The position numbers were made by a program, and so were the translations under genes. From assembly GCA_024679065.1 (NCBI GenBank), contig JAGIQG010000016.1, positions 12,462,001 through 12,526,000 of the forward strand: a stretch of DNA of 64,000 nucleotides, written 5' to 3'. Below are positions 1 through 14,155 of this stretch, piece by piece. The notes under the pieces are model-generated. The model searched no databases. It was not told where the DNA came from and worked only from the letters and a program-made list of their open reading frames with translations. The DNA comes from Sphyrna mokarran. Lineage: Eukaryota. Each line of letters begins with the position of its first letter. Within the stretch, counting starts at the first letter, position 1.

Positions 1-2729
1 AGGTATACTGCAGGCGGAGCAGAGATGGAAATTGAATAACCCACGGTATTGGACATTTTGGAAGGACTGGCACAAAGGATAAACTCGTGGAGTGACACTG
101 CTAATTAACAAGGAAATTAACACAATAGTGAGAACGCTCTGACGAAGTGTGTGATATTGAGGAATATCAGTGGGGTGGGGAGGGGCAACATCAGTGGGTG
201 TCATTTATAGAATCACAAACTGCTGTGCTCATATTGGGAATTGTAGTAACCGCAAAATTAGAGATGCATGAGACAAACAAATCTCTATGATTATGGGAAA
301 TTTTAGTCTGCACATCGAGTGGGCAAATCAAAGTAACCACGATGCCACAGAGGAGAAATTCTTGGAATATTTACGGAATCATTTCCTTAACCGATATGTG
401 GAGAAACCAACTTGAGAGCAGGCTAATTAAACTGGGTAATTTGTAATTGGGAGACAATCATTGTGATCTCAAACTCCTAGAATCCTTAAGGATGATATCA
501 TGTTTTATGAAGATGGAGAGTTAAGCAGTTGATTCAAAGACTGGGGAGCCACATCTCAATAAAGGAAGCTATGAAGATATGAGGCCTTGAAAGATTCGGG
601 TGAATGATTTGAAAGGATGACAGTGCATAGGAAAATATTCAAAGAATCTATGTGCGAACTGTAGCAAATCTTTATTTCTGAATGGCACGACGCAAAATGG
701 GTAAGGAGGCCAATCCAAGGCTTACAGAGAAAATTGTAGACACTGTTCTATCTAAGAAAGTAATATGCAGTTTGGCCAGGAGAAATAATAGATTTGAGGA
801 TTGGGAGCAGTTTAGAATTCAGCAAAAAAGAATAAAGAGGTCGACTAAGAATGGGAAAATATCTTCTGGAATTGAAATTCTAGGGAACATAAAGACCGAC
901 GGAAAGAAAAAACATTCTACAGATCTGTGAAGAGAAAAAGATTTGTAAAGTTAAATGTATGTCAGCTACAAATGGAAACCGGGAATTGTGTAATAGGGGA
1001 CAAAAAAATGGCCAAACAGCTGAATGACACTTTGGTTCGCTTTTGACAAAAGAAGACACAAATCACATGCTGCAGAATGCAAGATTTAGTGACAGAGAAA
1101 GACTTGGGGATATCACTATTTCTGGAGAAATGGTGTTGGGAAAATCGGTGAATTGAAGGTGGATAATCCCTAGAGCTTGGCAGCTTACATTCCAGAGTAC
1201 TTAAGAAATTGGGGCTCGAAATAATGCATGTGTTTGTGATGTATTTCCAGGATTCTATAGACACTTGAACAGTCCATGTATATTGCAACATAGCAAATAT
1301 CACTCAATATTCAGAAAAAAAAGAGGTAGAAAGAAAACAGGGAATAATTGACCAGGAAGTTTAACACTGGTAGTGGGAAAAAAATCTAGAATCCATTATC
1401 AAGGAGTTCATAGCAAAACATGTAGAATGCAATTGTTGGATCAGACAGTCAGTGTGGATTTATAAAAGGACAAACAAAAATGCCTGAAAATTTGTTAGAA
1501 ATTTTTGTTAGATGTCACTAGTCGAGTTGACCGGTTGGGGGTGGGTGGGAGGGGCGCTGTCCAAGTACCATTTTTGAACTTCCGGAAAACAGTTGAAAAA
1601 AAAACACTAAAGAGATTATCGTGCAAGACTAAGCATAAGAGATTCGGGAACGTGTATTAAAATGGAAAGAAAACTGTTTGGCTGAGATGGAATAAAGTTT
1701 AATAATTAATATTTGCTTTTCCGATTGGCAGGGATTAACTAGTGAGGTGCCACGGAGGAACCCCGAATATTCACAGTGTTCATTAATGATTTTGATGAGG
1801 GAACAAAAAAAGCAACATCACAACGTCTGAAGATATTACCAAGGTGGGTGGGACTGTGAACTGTGGCAATGATAAGAGATCTATCAAAAAGATCTTTCTA
1901 AATGTGTGGGCTGATCAATGGCACTGACATAATAACTTGGAAAGATGTGATGCTTTGCACGTTGTACGCTAATGCAAAATGGCATATTATGACATAAATG
2001 GCTGTCATTTTTGAAATGGGATTGTGCAGCTGACCCAGGGTATCCTGCACCAGCCACTGAAAATAAGCATCCAGGTGCAGCAAGCGGTAAAAAAAAACAA
2101 ATGGCATGTCGGCCTTATTGCGAGAGGATTTTCATAGGATGTTTTGTTGCAATTACAAAGGACCTTGAGTAAGTCGCACTAAAATATTGTGTTCAGTTTT
2201 GGTTACCGTTTCTGAGGAAGGATGTCCTTGGTGTCGAAGGATTGCAGCGAACATTTACAAGGCTGATTTCAGGACTGCTGTATGAGGCGGTCGTGAGTTG
2301 TTTAGGATTATTTTCGCTGAAGATCAGACGACTGAATGGGGATCTCATAGAGACTTGATCAATTATAACGAGGCTGTATAGGATAGATGCAGGGGAAATA
2401 TTACCAATGGTGGGGGAGATCAGAGTCAGGGGTCACAGTCTGAAGATACAGTGTAGATGTTTTAGGACAGAGGTGAGCAGATATTTCTTCACCCAAAGAG
2501 TGATGAGCTTGTTGAATTCATTTAAATGGGAAGCAACTGATGCTAAAATATTGCACATATTCAAGAGGCAGTTGGATATAGAACTTGGAACGAATGTAAT
2601 CAAAGGTCATGGTTAAAAAGCAGAAATGGCTATCAGATTGCGTGATTAGTCATGATCGTAATGAATGGCGAAGCAGGCTCAAAGGGACAAATAGTCACCT
2701 CCTGTTTCTATCTTTTCTGTTTCTATGTT
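1..2729 (+). mobile_element. CR1-clade LINE, degraded ORF2 (endonuclease + RT) with 3' end; 5' part lies outside the window
   Basis: EN motif ATGGGAAATTTTAGTCTGCACATCGAGTGG (MGDFNLHIDW-like) at ~294. RT remnants at 1340-2000. C-terminal RGHSLKI...FFTQRV in ORF 2407-2616. CR1 3' tail GAATGGCGAAGCAGGCTC...CTCCTGTTTCT..CTATGTT. Confidence 0.93.
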
Positions 2730-3417
2730 ACATACTATCATTTGAGTTATGAAAGGAAACATGATCTGATGTATCAGAATAAGGAAAAAAAAAGTGACTG
2801 CGCTTGACAACAGGTATTACTTCAGTGGATAAGACATTAAGGAGCCCAAGAAGAATTGGATCAATGTGATTAAAGATAAACGACTTGACTATCACACATA
2901 ACTGTCAACTATAAATACTGTTATGCTGTTTGACATCAAAATCTGTTTTTGTGACATCAATGTAGGTACAGTCCTGGTGCCATGAGTTCCCTTTTGCATT
3001 CTCAGTGCTCATACTTCCATTATAATGTCACAAAAGAGAACTATTGCACATTATTCGTCATAATTCACATCAGTGTACAAGTGTAATAAGTTGTCATCAA
3101 TATCAAGGATAAGCACAGTTGACAATGACAGTAATGACACGAAAATTTCCTGGATAGATGACCAACATATACAGAAGAAAATTCATAAAATGTCCCTTGA
3201 GATTAAATATTATCGTTATCGCTGAATTCCATGCTATCAATGCGATTTGCCTTATGCCAGGAACAGAAATGTAGTAAAACAAAAATGAAGCTATAGGAAC
3301 AAATCAAAGGACTGAAAGCGTTTGGCAAAATAAAATCAATTTCTTTGTCATGAAATCGCGCACACCATCTCAAGGAGCAAGTCATGCTGATAGTATACTT
3401 TCTGATAGTATACTTAC

Positions 3418-3745
3418 CATTTGGCTGGATGAGTGCAGCAATGGCATTGTTCAAGAAAATCGGGAAAAATCCACCACAGAAAAAGAAGTTTGGTTGAACG
3501 GCTCCCATTCCAAAAACATTTGCTCCCATGACGACCGAAGTTGTGATTTCAATTCTGCATGGTGCAATTCCCGAGGTCGCCAAACTTTCCTTAACCAGCG
3601 TTTGCCAGAACTACGACAACAGCCAGCCTTAATTGGAAGAACAACATGGGAAGACCACCAACTGGACCTCCGCTTAAAATTGTCCTTACTGTTCTTTGAT
3701 AGGACACTGGAACTCACTGTACACAACATGGTGCAAAAACGTTCA
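3418..3745 (-). other. Candidate exon of an unidentified minus-strand transcript, ending ...CCAAATG|GTAAGT
   Basis: Minus-strand acceptor gtttttccattgttacatcctgcAG and consensus donor ATG|GTAAGT. More GC/CpG-rich than its flanks. No recognisable protein in any frame. Confidence 0.3.
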
Positions 3746-4167
3746 CTGCAGGATGTAACAATGGAAAAACGTCATCTCATGATTTCATATTCAAAGGTAT
3801 TACTGATAGTACATGAATGCTATCGTGGCCGTCGAATCGCATATCCCGCAAATCCATTACACATAATGCGAATTGCATCGTCTGACCAGAAATATTTATA
3901 TTGATGACTCAAATGTGAAGTCTTTCAATTTGATGTTTTTCTCCGAGGAATCCAGTTTGCCGATTGTCTCTCAAAATGCGGAAAAAAAAGGAAAATGTGC
4001 AACTTTGTATATTTAAACTCAGCGAATATGTAATCAATCTATATTGTCTTGATTTCAATAGTAAAATCGAAAAAGAAAATAATTCGAATGAATATTCATA
4101 TAGAACAAACGGTTTGTGATGGTTCTTTGTTCCGCTGAAAACAGTCAATCGGTGACTTTCTTGCCAC

Positions 4168-5160
4168 ATATATGAACATGCCGTGATAGAACAGAGAACA
4201 GGCCCTTCGGCCCTCGAAGTTGTGCCGAGCTTTGTCGAAAGCAAGATCAAGCTATCCCAAGCCCTGTCATTCTGTTGTGGTATATGTGACTATCCAATAA
4301 CCGATTGAATCTTTCTAAACTGTCCGAATCCACTGGCATAGCAGGTAGCCCATTCCACACCTCAACCACTCTCTGTATAAGGAACCTACCTCAGACATCC
4401 TTCGTATATCTCCCACCATTAATACCTACATCCACCAGAGTAAATAGTCGCTGAACGTCCACTCTATCTACCCCCTACCCCTCTCATGACCTTATAAATA
4501 TTTATTAAGTCGCCTGTCATCCTTCTCCGTTCTAAATAGAAAAAGCCCAAGCTCCTTCAAAGTTTCCTCATAAAACCTGCGCTTCAAATCAGGCAGCATC
4601 ATAGTAAATCTCATCTGCACTCTCACCAATGCTTCCACATCCTTCCTAGAATGAGGAGACCAGAACTGTTCACAATATTCCAAATGTGATCTCACCAAGA
4701 TCTTGTACGGTTGCAGCATAAACCCACGGCTCTTAAACACAAACACCCCTGTTAATAAACTCTATCACGCAATATGCCTTCTTCACGGTTATAAGCAGCA
4801 AGGTCACCACCTTCTGTGATCTGTGCATACGAACCCAGGTTATTCTGTTCCTCCATATTCCTCAGAACTCTGCAATTGACCCTTTAATCTGTATTCAAAT
4901 TTGTCTTACAATAATGGATCATCTCGCATTTATCAGGATTAAAATCCATTTGCCATTTTCCGACCACAAAACTGCATCCCATCAATATCACTTTTCAACC
5001 GACAGCAAGACTCCACCTCATCCACTACTCCAACAACCTTGGTGTCATCAGCAAATCTACTGACCCAGCTTGTAGCCCCCCTCCTCCAAGTCATCGAATA
5101 ATATCACAAATAGCAGAGGACCCAGCACTGATCCCTGTGGAACACCATGGTAACTGGTCT
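4168..5160 (-). mobile_element. CR1 LINE, 3' half of an older element split by a younger CR1 (continues at 6886-8690)
   Basis: Minus strand reads RPVT..VPQGSVLGP, FADDTK and LVRSHLEYCEQFWSP (ORF 4492-4746). The 3' tail GAGGGCCGAAGGGCCTGTTCT lies near 4200. Confidence 0.92.
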
Positions 5161-6885
5161 ACAAATGCGTGCATGGAATACACGTCCTTCGACCCAAAGA
5201 GCCCACGCAGTTATTCTATCATTGTGAGTGTACTCTTCTTCCTATGACCCTTGTCTACGCCTATTGGATTCCACAGTCAAGGAATCATAGAGTCATAGAG
5301 TCATAGAATCCGTACAGTGGAGAAAGAGCAAGAGAGAGGGACGACTACTTCAGGGACAATTTCTTACCACCACTTAGTCTAAGAGCACGTTTTGGGGATG
5401 TGGGAGGAAACCGGAGCACCCGGAGAAAACCCAACCGAGCACGGGGAGAAAGTGCAAACTCCTACAGACATTGGCCCAAATCCATGTATCTGTACAGCAA
5501 ACAATGAGTCACTGACTGTTTGTTGCCCGTCAGTGACCCAGTTTAAGCGTACACGAACGACGTGAAGGACTAGGCAACTCTAGAAGCAACATCCAAGAGT
5601 AGCCCTCGCACGACCCACCGTGTGTATGCACCCTGTTGGACAACAATGCGGACTGAATCACACGTGGATTAAAAGAAAATACATCAGTAAACATGCACAA
5701 CTTATACCAACATTCATGGAATCTCCAGAAACTCAGAATTAAGACAAGTGAGCCAAAAAATACGTTGGAAGGTCCGTAGGAATCAATTGATTCCTAGGCT
5801 CTTGATCTTTATTTACAACAGCCTCCTGTATCCCTCCAACTCTAGTCCGCTCACGTGCCTATCTAAGTAAACCTTAAACAACATTAGCATACCTGCCTCC
5901 ACCACCCTACTTGAGCAGTGCATTCCAGGCCCCCACAATCTTCTGTGTGAAAAAAACACCCTCTAACATCCGCATTATACCACGTCCCTCTCGCCCTAAG
6001 CCCGTGGGCCCTCGTAATTTTTGCATCCAAACTAGGAAAAAGTTTACCATTGTTCACTCCACCTATACGCGTCATTATCTCATACATCTCTACTAGACCT
6101 CCCTTCATTCTCCGTCTTTCTAAGGAGAACAGCCCGAATTTACTCAATCTCTGCTCATAGCTCAATTCTTCCATACCAGGCAACATCCTGGTAAACCTCC
6201 TCTGCACTCTTTCCAGCGTCTCCGCGTCCTTCCGGTAGTGACCTGACCAGAACTGAACGCAGTACTCCAAATATGGTCCAACCAACTGCAAAATTAGACG
6301 CCATATTTTATAATCTACACACCTTCCTATAAAGGCAAGCATACCATAAGACTTCTCCGCCACCTTCTCCATTTGTACTGCACCTTCAAGGGCTTGTGTA
6401 CTTCCACCCCTAGGTCCCTCTGCGTTTCTATTCTCTTAGTAGTCCGACCATTTATCATATAACTCACCCCTACATTATTTCTTCCAAAATGTATCACCTC
6501 GCATTTATCTGGATTAAATTCCATCTGCCATTTCTCTGCCCAATATAGCAGCCTATCTATATCATGCAGAATTGCTTGACACTGCTTCTCACTATCAGCA
6601 AGTCCAGACATCTTTGTGCCATCTGCAAACTTGCTGATCGCACCACTTACTCCCTCTTCCAAGCCATGTATGTATATTGCAAATAGCAAAGGTCCCAATA
6701 CTGAGCCCTCTGGCACACCGCCAGTCACAGACCTCCAGCTGGAAAAAAGACCCTTCCACCGCTACTCTCTGTTTCCTGTTACCAAGCCAGTTCTCCATCC
6801 ATCTAGACTCTGCCCTTTATCCCATGAGCCTTAACCTTTTCCACCAACCTACCATGAGGGACTTTGTCAAGTGCCTTACTGAAAC
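5161..6885 (-). mobile_element. 5'-truncated CR1 LINE with a long (~650 bp) 3' UTR containing a V-SINE-type core
   Basis: ORFs 6327-6728 (GVPEGSVLGPLLF, FADGTK, WQMEFNPDKC) and 5884-6372 (LEYCVQFWS, QRRFTRMLPG). The V core (GGGAGGAAACCGGAGCACCCGGAGAAAACCC on +) is at ~5395-5470. The UTR is colinear with 45048-45629. Confidence 0.88.
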
Positions 6886-8690
6886 TTCTCCATCCACTAC
6901 CACCATTTGTCTTCTTTGAAATAGACAATTACTTAACCAATCGCCAAAATTCCCTCGATCCCACACCTCTTTGCTTTCTTCATGAGCCTATCATGAGAAA
7001 CCTTATCAGACACCTTACTAAAATGCATGTATATGGCATCGACTACACTACATTCATTTACACACTAGTTGTCTCCTAAAATAATTCAATCAAATTTGTG
7101 AAACAAGACTTGCCCTGCACAAATTCATGTTGTCTATTTCAGATTAAGCTGCATCTTTCCAAAATGGACATAAATCCTATCCCTTGGGGCACTTTCCATT
7201 AACTCACCCATCACCAAATTAAGATGAAGTTTCCTATAATTTCCAGGGTCATTCTAATTTCGTTGCTTGAACAGAGGAACAACATTTGTCACTCTCCAGT
7301 CCCATGGCAATATCCCCATGGAGAGTGAGGACCCAAATATTAGAGCCAAACGCTCTGCAATCTCTTCCTTGCCTTACACAGAATCCTAGGAAATATTCCA
7401 TCTGGCCTAGGGGACTTATCAACCCTCAGGTTTCCAAAATTGCGAATACATTTTCCCACAGAACATTTACTTCCTCCAGCCTATCAACCTGTATCGCATT
7501 CTTATCCTCAGAAACAAGGCTTCTCTCCTTGGTGAAGACTGAAGTAAAATATTCATTCATCACCTTGCTTATCCCTTCCGACTCTATGCATAAGTTCCCA
7601 CCACTATCCTTGACTAGTCCTAACACTCACAGTGGTCATTCTTTAACTTCTCTCATTTTTTCTTGATCCGACCCGCCAAGGACTTCTCATGATCCCTCCC
7701 AGCTCTCTTAAACCCTTTTTTGGCTCATTCTTTCTTATTTTATAGTTCTCAAGCGACCTGACTGAACTTTGTTTTCTCATCCTTACAAAAGCTTCCTTTC
7801 TTCCCTCTTGGCAAGGCGTTCAACGTCATTTGCGAACCATTGCTCACTCACTCGGCCATTTCCTCCCCACGCCGCATAGATATACCTATCAAGGACAATA
7901 GTATTTATTCCTTGAACAAGCTCCACTTTTCATTTGTACCTTGACGTGACAGTTTCCATTCCCATATTATGCTTCCTAATTGTTGCCTAATCGTATCATA
8001 ATTACCCCTTCTCCAATTACAAAACTTGTTCTGCCTTATGTCCCTATCCCCCTTCATTGTAATAATGAAAGGTACCAAATTTTAGTTGCTATGTCCAAAG
8101 TGCTCTCCCAAGAGCAAATGTAACACTCGGCTGGGTTCATTACACAGTACCAAGTCCAACGTGGCCTCACCTCTTGTGAGGTGATGACACATATTGTGTC
8201 ATCAAACCCTCCTGCACAAAGTACAAAATTGCTCTATACCAACTATTCGACCTATGAAGGTTCCAATCGATATTTGGACAGTTAAAGTCACCCACGATAT
8301 CTACCTGTGACTTCCACACATATCAATAATCTGCTCTGCAATGTCCTCCTCCACATGCCTATCACTATTTGGGGGCTATAGAAAACTCGTAAGAACCCGA
8401 CGGTCCCTTTGTTTTATTTTCTCACTTCATATAATGATCTTATGTTACTCAGTCGGCAGGAAACCTTCGAAATGCCTTACAGTAGCCGTTAAAATATCTT
8501 TGATTAACAATGACACTCCTTCACCAATTTGCAAACTTCACTACTCTTACTGAAACGAACTTCCACCAACTATTTCTGTAACCTTTCTAACCATATCTCC
8601 GTAATGGCCACAACATTGTAGCTCCAAGTACTTATTCATTTATTACGGATGTACCTTGCATTGAAATGGACGCAATTTAACCCCTTTCCT
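6886..8690 (-). mobile_element. CR1 LINE, 5' half of ORF2 (endonuclease, linker, RT N-terminus) of the split older element
   Basis: Minus strand starts GLNCVHFNARYIRNK (EN start) near 8685. ORF 7426-7626 contains MNEYFTSVFTKE. The segment ends with RRQMVVVDGE at 6890. Confidence 0.9.
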
Positions 8691-8997
8691 GTCTGCCGGT
8701 ACACTCCTGCGACCTGGATACCCTACTCGTGATAATGTGTACTTTCCAACAAATTGCCACGTGACTTGTTTGTATTGTTCTTTGAAATTATTATTTATAT
8801 GTGCTACCGATTTTTCCTTTTGCAAAAGTGTATATCAACTTCATCATTTGTGGAGCGCACCAAAGTTACAAAATAATAAAAAAAATACTGTTTGATAATA
8901 GATCGGACGTTTACTCCCTTCGCAGTATATATGAAAATTACTTCTTGATGCTGCATCTATCGGAGTGACCTCAATATACTGCGAGTACGGTGCTTAC

Positions 8998-9024
8998 CTA
9001 ATTCATTTTTGCATGTGAGTAGTT
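8998..9024 (-). other. Candidate 27-nt micro-exon (phase 1-1, ELLTCKNEL)
   Basis: ttgatgttttccAG|AACTACTCACATGCAAAAATGAATTAG|GTAAGC. Only the phase-1 frame is open. Confidence 0.25.
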
Positions 9025-11694
9025 CTGGAAAACATCAAGTATTATGCGAGCAGAGAGTTTAGTGTTAGAATTTAGCATTTAAAACGCTAATAAATGTTTA
9101 CCAACAGGCTAGTATTGCCGGATGGTGTTTACTGTTGTACTCATCTATTTTCTAAAATATTAACGTAATTTTAATAGACATGCAATTCTATTTCTAAGAT
9201 GGTATCAGCTAAATAACAGTTGAGCCATAGATGTCAAAAATCCCATAATCCTTGAAATTCATTTTTCTGGCAAGAATTGTCCAGTGGAAAAAAAGTACAT
9301 TTTTCACTTGGAGTAACGCTGCCAAGCGATACACATTTGCGTAGATGTGGCTAACAATTCTATTAGAAATAAATCTGTGGAAAACAAAACAGGTCGCCAT
9401 AAGTTGGTTCCTGCACAGATCATCTCCTCTCTATAACTTTTTAAGTAAAACGAATCATAGCAGTGCAATTCAATAATCTTGGTCTTTATGTAAAATGCCA
9501 ATTTTAACGTCAAATTTATGAACAATCAATATGGATCACTGCACTTGTTGTATTTTGAGTTTTCACTTCCAAGTATCTTAAATGTTGTTTCCTTTTTTTC
9601 CTTTTTCACTGATAATCTTGTTCCTCGCTTGCGACGTAATCTTATTTTCCTGCGCGAAGAAACATTACTTTTCAACAATCCATCCCTCTACAAATTTAAT
9701 CAGAATACTAAGGTTAATGGAGTCGAACAAATGTTATTTGAACTTTTATTATTTTTGATAAAAAATTATTATTTTTAAGCTCCATACATTAAAGATTTCA
9801 AGACCCAAGTTACAAGAATAACTAAATAGCGAAAATCACCCCGCTTTTGTCATGAAGTTGAATGACTCACATAAGGAATGATTAAATGGGTGTGAAAGCA
9901 GGGCAGAAGCAATGAGCTGTGTCATGAAAAGTTCGTTCAAAAGCTTAGCTGGAGGGGCAATACATATTATTAAATAAGACCAAACAATAATTAATGCCCA
10001 TGAATGTTAACATTGGGAACGACGCCAGATACCGCCTCAGTGATAGGTTTGGCTATGGAAAATTATGAGATTGGATGTCTTTCATGCAGCAAATTCGTAT
10101 GGTTCCATGTAGAGTGCACGATCTAGAATCACATGCTATTAAGTACCTTTAATCTTCTGTTTCAACTTTGCTTCTGTGAGGGAGAAAGTCATTTCATTTT
10201 CGCAAAATCTTTATCAAGATTGACCAACTAATAACAAATGACACAAAACAAACCTCTATTCACTCTATTGTCTCTGTGCTGTGGATTATATACCGTATGA
10301 TCATAAGGGGGGAAGACGAATAAATCGTGGGATGCACCAGTATGAAGGTAGAGGAGCCAATTTTAAGAAGAGAAAGAAAATAGGCTGCAGATTGTGTTAT
10401 CGGAGAGTAAATTAACAACGAAAAGTAAGACTATAAAATAATTCCAACCTAATTCCTCCATAGATTCTTCGCACGCTTCTGCAGAAGAAAAAAGAAATTA
10501 TTTCACGCATACAGACATACACCCAACGGCAGCATATTGATTGTTTCCTTCCAATCTGGCGTTTGCAGTCTGTAATCTCAAAAAAAAAAATGGCTATGAG
10601 AGACTTGTTTTTTCTCTCTCTCTCTAGTATTGGTAAACTATATAACATCTCGTGATCGACAGCAGCATGGGTCGTGCAGTGCTTTGCCAATGCCGATATT
10701 AGTGAATAATCCGGGAATTGAATCTGCTCGTGTATAGTTTTATAATGTAATAATACATCACTCCACCTGCTAAATTTATATCATATAGTAGATACGTATT
10801 TTCACATTTTCCACAGCTGTCGGAGGCTTGAACGTTTGCGTTAACAAACGGTTGTCAACCATTTTTAGCCTTCCCCAATCAATTTGTCCATCCATTTTTT
10901 TTTTCCCGGGCGATTCTAATTTATGTTCCGTCGCTCATGCTCTTCAATAAGCTACCCATTACCACCGTTATAAAGTTATCCAGAGACTGTCTCACGTTAA
11001 CTGTACCCAGATTTTCTCTCATCCTCCATATTTGGAGACACCGTCCCTGGGTGTCGCTATTGGAGTATGCTCTTAATATTGGCATGCCTTTTCCATATCA
11101 TGGATTAACGGTTTGTTGGATTAAAGAAACATAATTTGCTAATTACGCCTGATAGGTGTCATGGTCTTTTTTCGAATTTCAGTTGCGAATTACTTTAATG
11201 ATTTACATTCCCCTCGTCACTGAAAATTTACAGCTCCATGTAAAATGAAGGGACGAGTTACACTTAATGACTTCCAACAGGATGAAAAAAAAATGCATAA
11301 CGTGAATTTATCATAATGTTGTTTTCTTTAAATTCGCATCTCTTGGTATGTCCGGTAATTCGATGATGCTGAGCTACAAGCTTCAAACTCCTGAGATAAT
11401 ATTCCAATCCTTATTCAACGTATGCATCTTTTTTGAAACAATTTTAGCACACGCTGTCCTAAATGCGTAGAGGACTTTCACGGATATGCTCCCGTTCCTC
11501 CACGCCAATGAAACCGGGGTGTTTTTGCATCCAATTTACTTTCCCTGACAAAGGAATGTTGGCTGAAATAGGGGTTTTCAATTATCATGTTTCATTTGCA
11601 TTACTGAATTTGAAATGCCATTGATCGATTCTAATGATGGCAGTAGTCAAGATATTAAGCCTGCAGAATAACAGGATTTTCCACACATGTCCAA

Positions 11695-11897
11695 TAGAAC
11701 ATAAACATTACAGCAAAAACAGGTTCTTCGGTCCACAAGTTGTGCCAATTCTATCTGTACCTACCAGGCATATCTATAACTCTCAATCCCATTAAATCCC
11801 ATTTACTCATCCAGATGTCTCTTAAAAGACCCCAACGAGTTCGCCTCTACCAACACCGACGGCAGCCGATTCCATTCCATTCACCACCCTCTGAGAA
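11695..11897 (-). mobile_element. CR1 LINE 3'-end fragment
   Basis: TAGAACATAAACATTACAGC..ACAGGTTCTTCGGTCCACAAGTTGTGCC...CATTCACCACCCTCTG is the reverse complement of a CR1 ORF2 end and tail. Confidence 0.85.
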
Positions 11898-13319
11898 ATA
11901 CGAACGTAAATAAAGCAAATAATGGAAATTGGAATGTGTTCACCACTCAAGATGATTCTTTTTGAACATGGGGCTGTTCTTGACATCATCAGTTCTGCAA
12001 AATTTGATCATATGATCAGCACATACCTAACTCTTCTCCTTTAAGTGCCAAACCTGTGAGCACAAAAGTTATCGACTGTAACAATGAACGAAATATTTTC
12101 CAAAGATTTTAATTGCTATCGTATCATTATGTCCTAAGCATGAATGACAGTATCCAGTCTCACTCGTTTACCATTTTGTTTGAGGTTCCACATTAGAAGA
12201 TGCAGCCATTGTCGATCTGGTTAACCATTCATTACAACACTAGTTGTCTGAAATTATCAACCTCGAGGTTGAAAGCGCAATTGCGCGCATGTTCGTTTGA
12301 AGCTTTAGCGCACTTCGAGAAATTTCAATGAATATTTTGGTGACGGGCACTCTGATGGAAACATGTACACATCTAATTCCAAGAACAAATTTTGTTAGGA
12401 CATTGCATTGTCAGTACGATTTTTTTTCGGAGTCCCGAAAAACAGTCGTGGTGCCAAGAGCAATGGAATATTTATCACTTGGTTAAAAAAATAGAGTATC
12501 TTGTGTCCTGATATGTCCATCATTTATGAAGGAGGAATTTTGTCGCACAAAAATTCATGAGACTTTTAATAGTTGCATGGTATATCTGGGTGAATTAAAT
12601 AAACCCAGCACGTCTGTGTTAAGGGCAAACCATTGTCGACCAAGTTTCAATTCTTTCAGAAGTGGCACAAATGGCTGCTCACAGAAATATAGTCAATGCA
12701 GCCCATTTTGACTTCTAGCAAACATTGTGTAATTAACACACATTTGAGTTGCGACCCATTTTAATTGTTCTCTCAGATATGAGGTTTGCATAGTGAAAGT
12801 TATCAGAGTTAGATGGTGAATGAATGATTTCGTGCTAACTGAGGAGTAGTTAGAAATATTTTCCCAGTAATTCGTTGTTCTCATATTGCCCTTCCTGCTA
12901 AACATGAATCCGATCGATCTTGCAGACCAGAGCTAATTTAATTTAAATTACGATTCAAGTCAGGTAAGTATAAACAATAATTAAATGGTCCGAGTGCATT
13001 CTAGACAATATAATGTTAATTATTTGAAAACACCTACGTTCTTGTTGTTCACGTATTGTATCCGCTGAAAAGCAAACATAAGATTTTAAATATTTGTGAA
13101 ACAACATGTTATGTCACAGATATTCAGTATAATCAATTCAATATATGTGAGAAAACACATGCCTGCATTAACAAAAAAAGAAAAGCAAATGCCTCTATTG
13201 TGCTGCAAAACTGCTAAAAATTCCCTGTTGTTTATACGAGAATTATTAACCTGATACTCTCCTGATAATGTTGCTGAATATGAGCGTTGGTGGCCAGGAC
13301 GGCGTTAGTGTGAGCGCAG

Positions 13320-14140
13320 TATGGTAATATGGTCAGCGTCTGATTTTTTTTTTGTGATTCGATATCCTAACTTAAAGAATTGGGCACAGTAAAATCAAAC
13401 TCCAGCCATGACAGACTTGATGAAAGTCAAATTTACAAAAAGATAGAAACATGTCTGGACCTGGCCCATCAATCACACATAAAAGATGCGCTACTCAGGC
13501 ATGACAGAAGATCACCGCACCCTATTGAAATGCATTGGCCTATTGTTAGAAACACAGATTGGATCAGACTTTCTGTCACCTAGAATTTCTTTTCGGGCAA
13601 CAAGTTACTAATAACAACAGCATGGAGGTAGACACCTGGGAACGAGGCCCAGCGTCCTATGAGATGGACATCAGTAAACCCACTGGGAATTGGGACCTCC
13701 CTCTGGAGATCTCATTGGACGGAAATCAGAGACATTTCTGGAAAGGGAAGCAAACAGGCATAAATGTAAACATCCCAGACAAAACAACAGAAAAGACTCC
13801 ACGAAGAAGTTCACATTTACCATCAGATATAAAGAAACGGGGGGGGGGGGGGGGGGGGGGTGTGAGTTGCCATTGAGATTCACTTTCGTGACGACGGACC
13901 AGAGAGACTCGAGGAATCGGACCTGCAGTTTAACCAAAACATTTTTGCTGTAATATACTTCAAACGGTGGGATCCTCTTTGTTGCATTTGGATAATTTAA
14001 TGGTTAATATTTCTATAACTAACGAACTTGTTAGATCTTTACTTTTATTTATTATTTGGCCATCTTGCAATCAACAGCGTTGGGATAGAACCTTCAGTAA
14101 GAAAACTGGTCGAAAGTATCTGAGAGTTACAGTTACAACA
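13320..14140 (+). repeat. 5' LTR
   Basis: Colinear with 26257-27072 (shared ATTGAAATGCATTGGCCTATT, CTGTCACCTAGA, CTCATTGGACGGAAA, GAATCGG.CCTGCAG). Starts TATGGTAATAT, ends GTTACAACA. Contains a G22 run at 13839-13860. Confidence 0.88.
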
Positions 14141-14141
14141 A

Positions 14142-14155
14142 TTGTCACCCAGACG
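14142..14155 (+). promoter_or_regulatory. Degenerate primer-binding site, most similar to tRNA-Trp
   Basis: TTGTCACCCAGACG immediately after the LTR end matches 11/14 to TGGTGACCCCGACG. Confidence 0.55.

Noticed and set aside
3350-3904. Longest + strand ORF (184 aa)
   Set aside because: No recognisable domain. The splice signals favour the opposite strand, and the length is attainable by chance.
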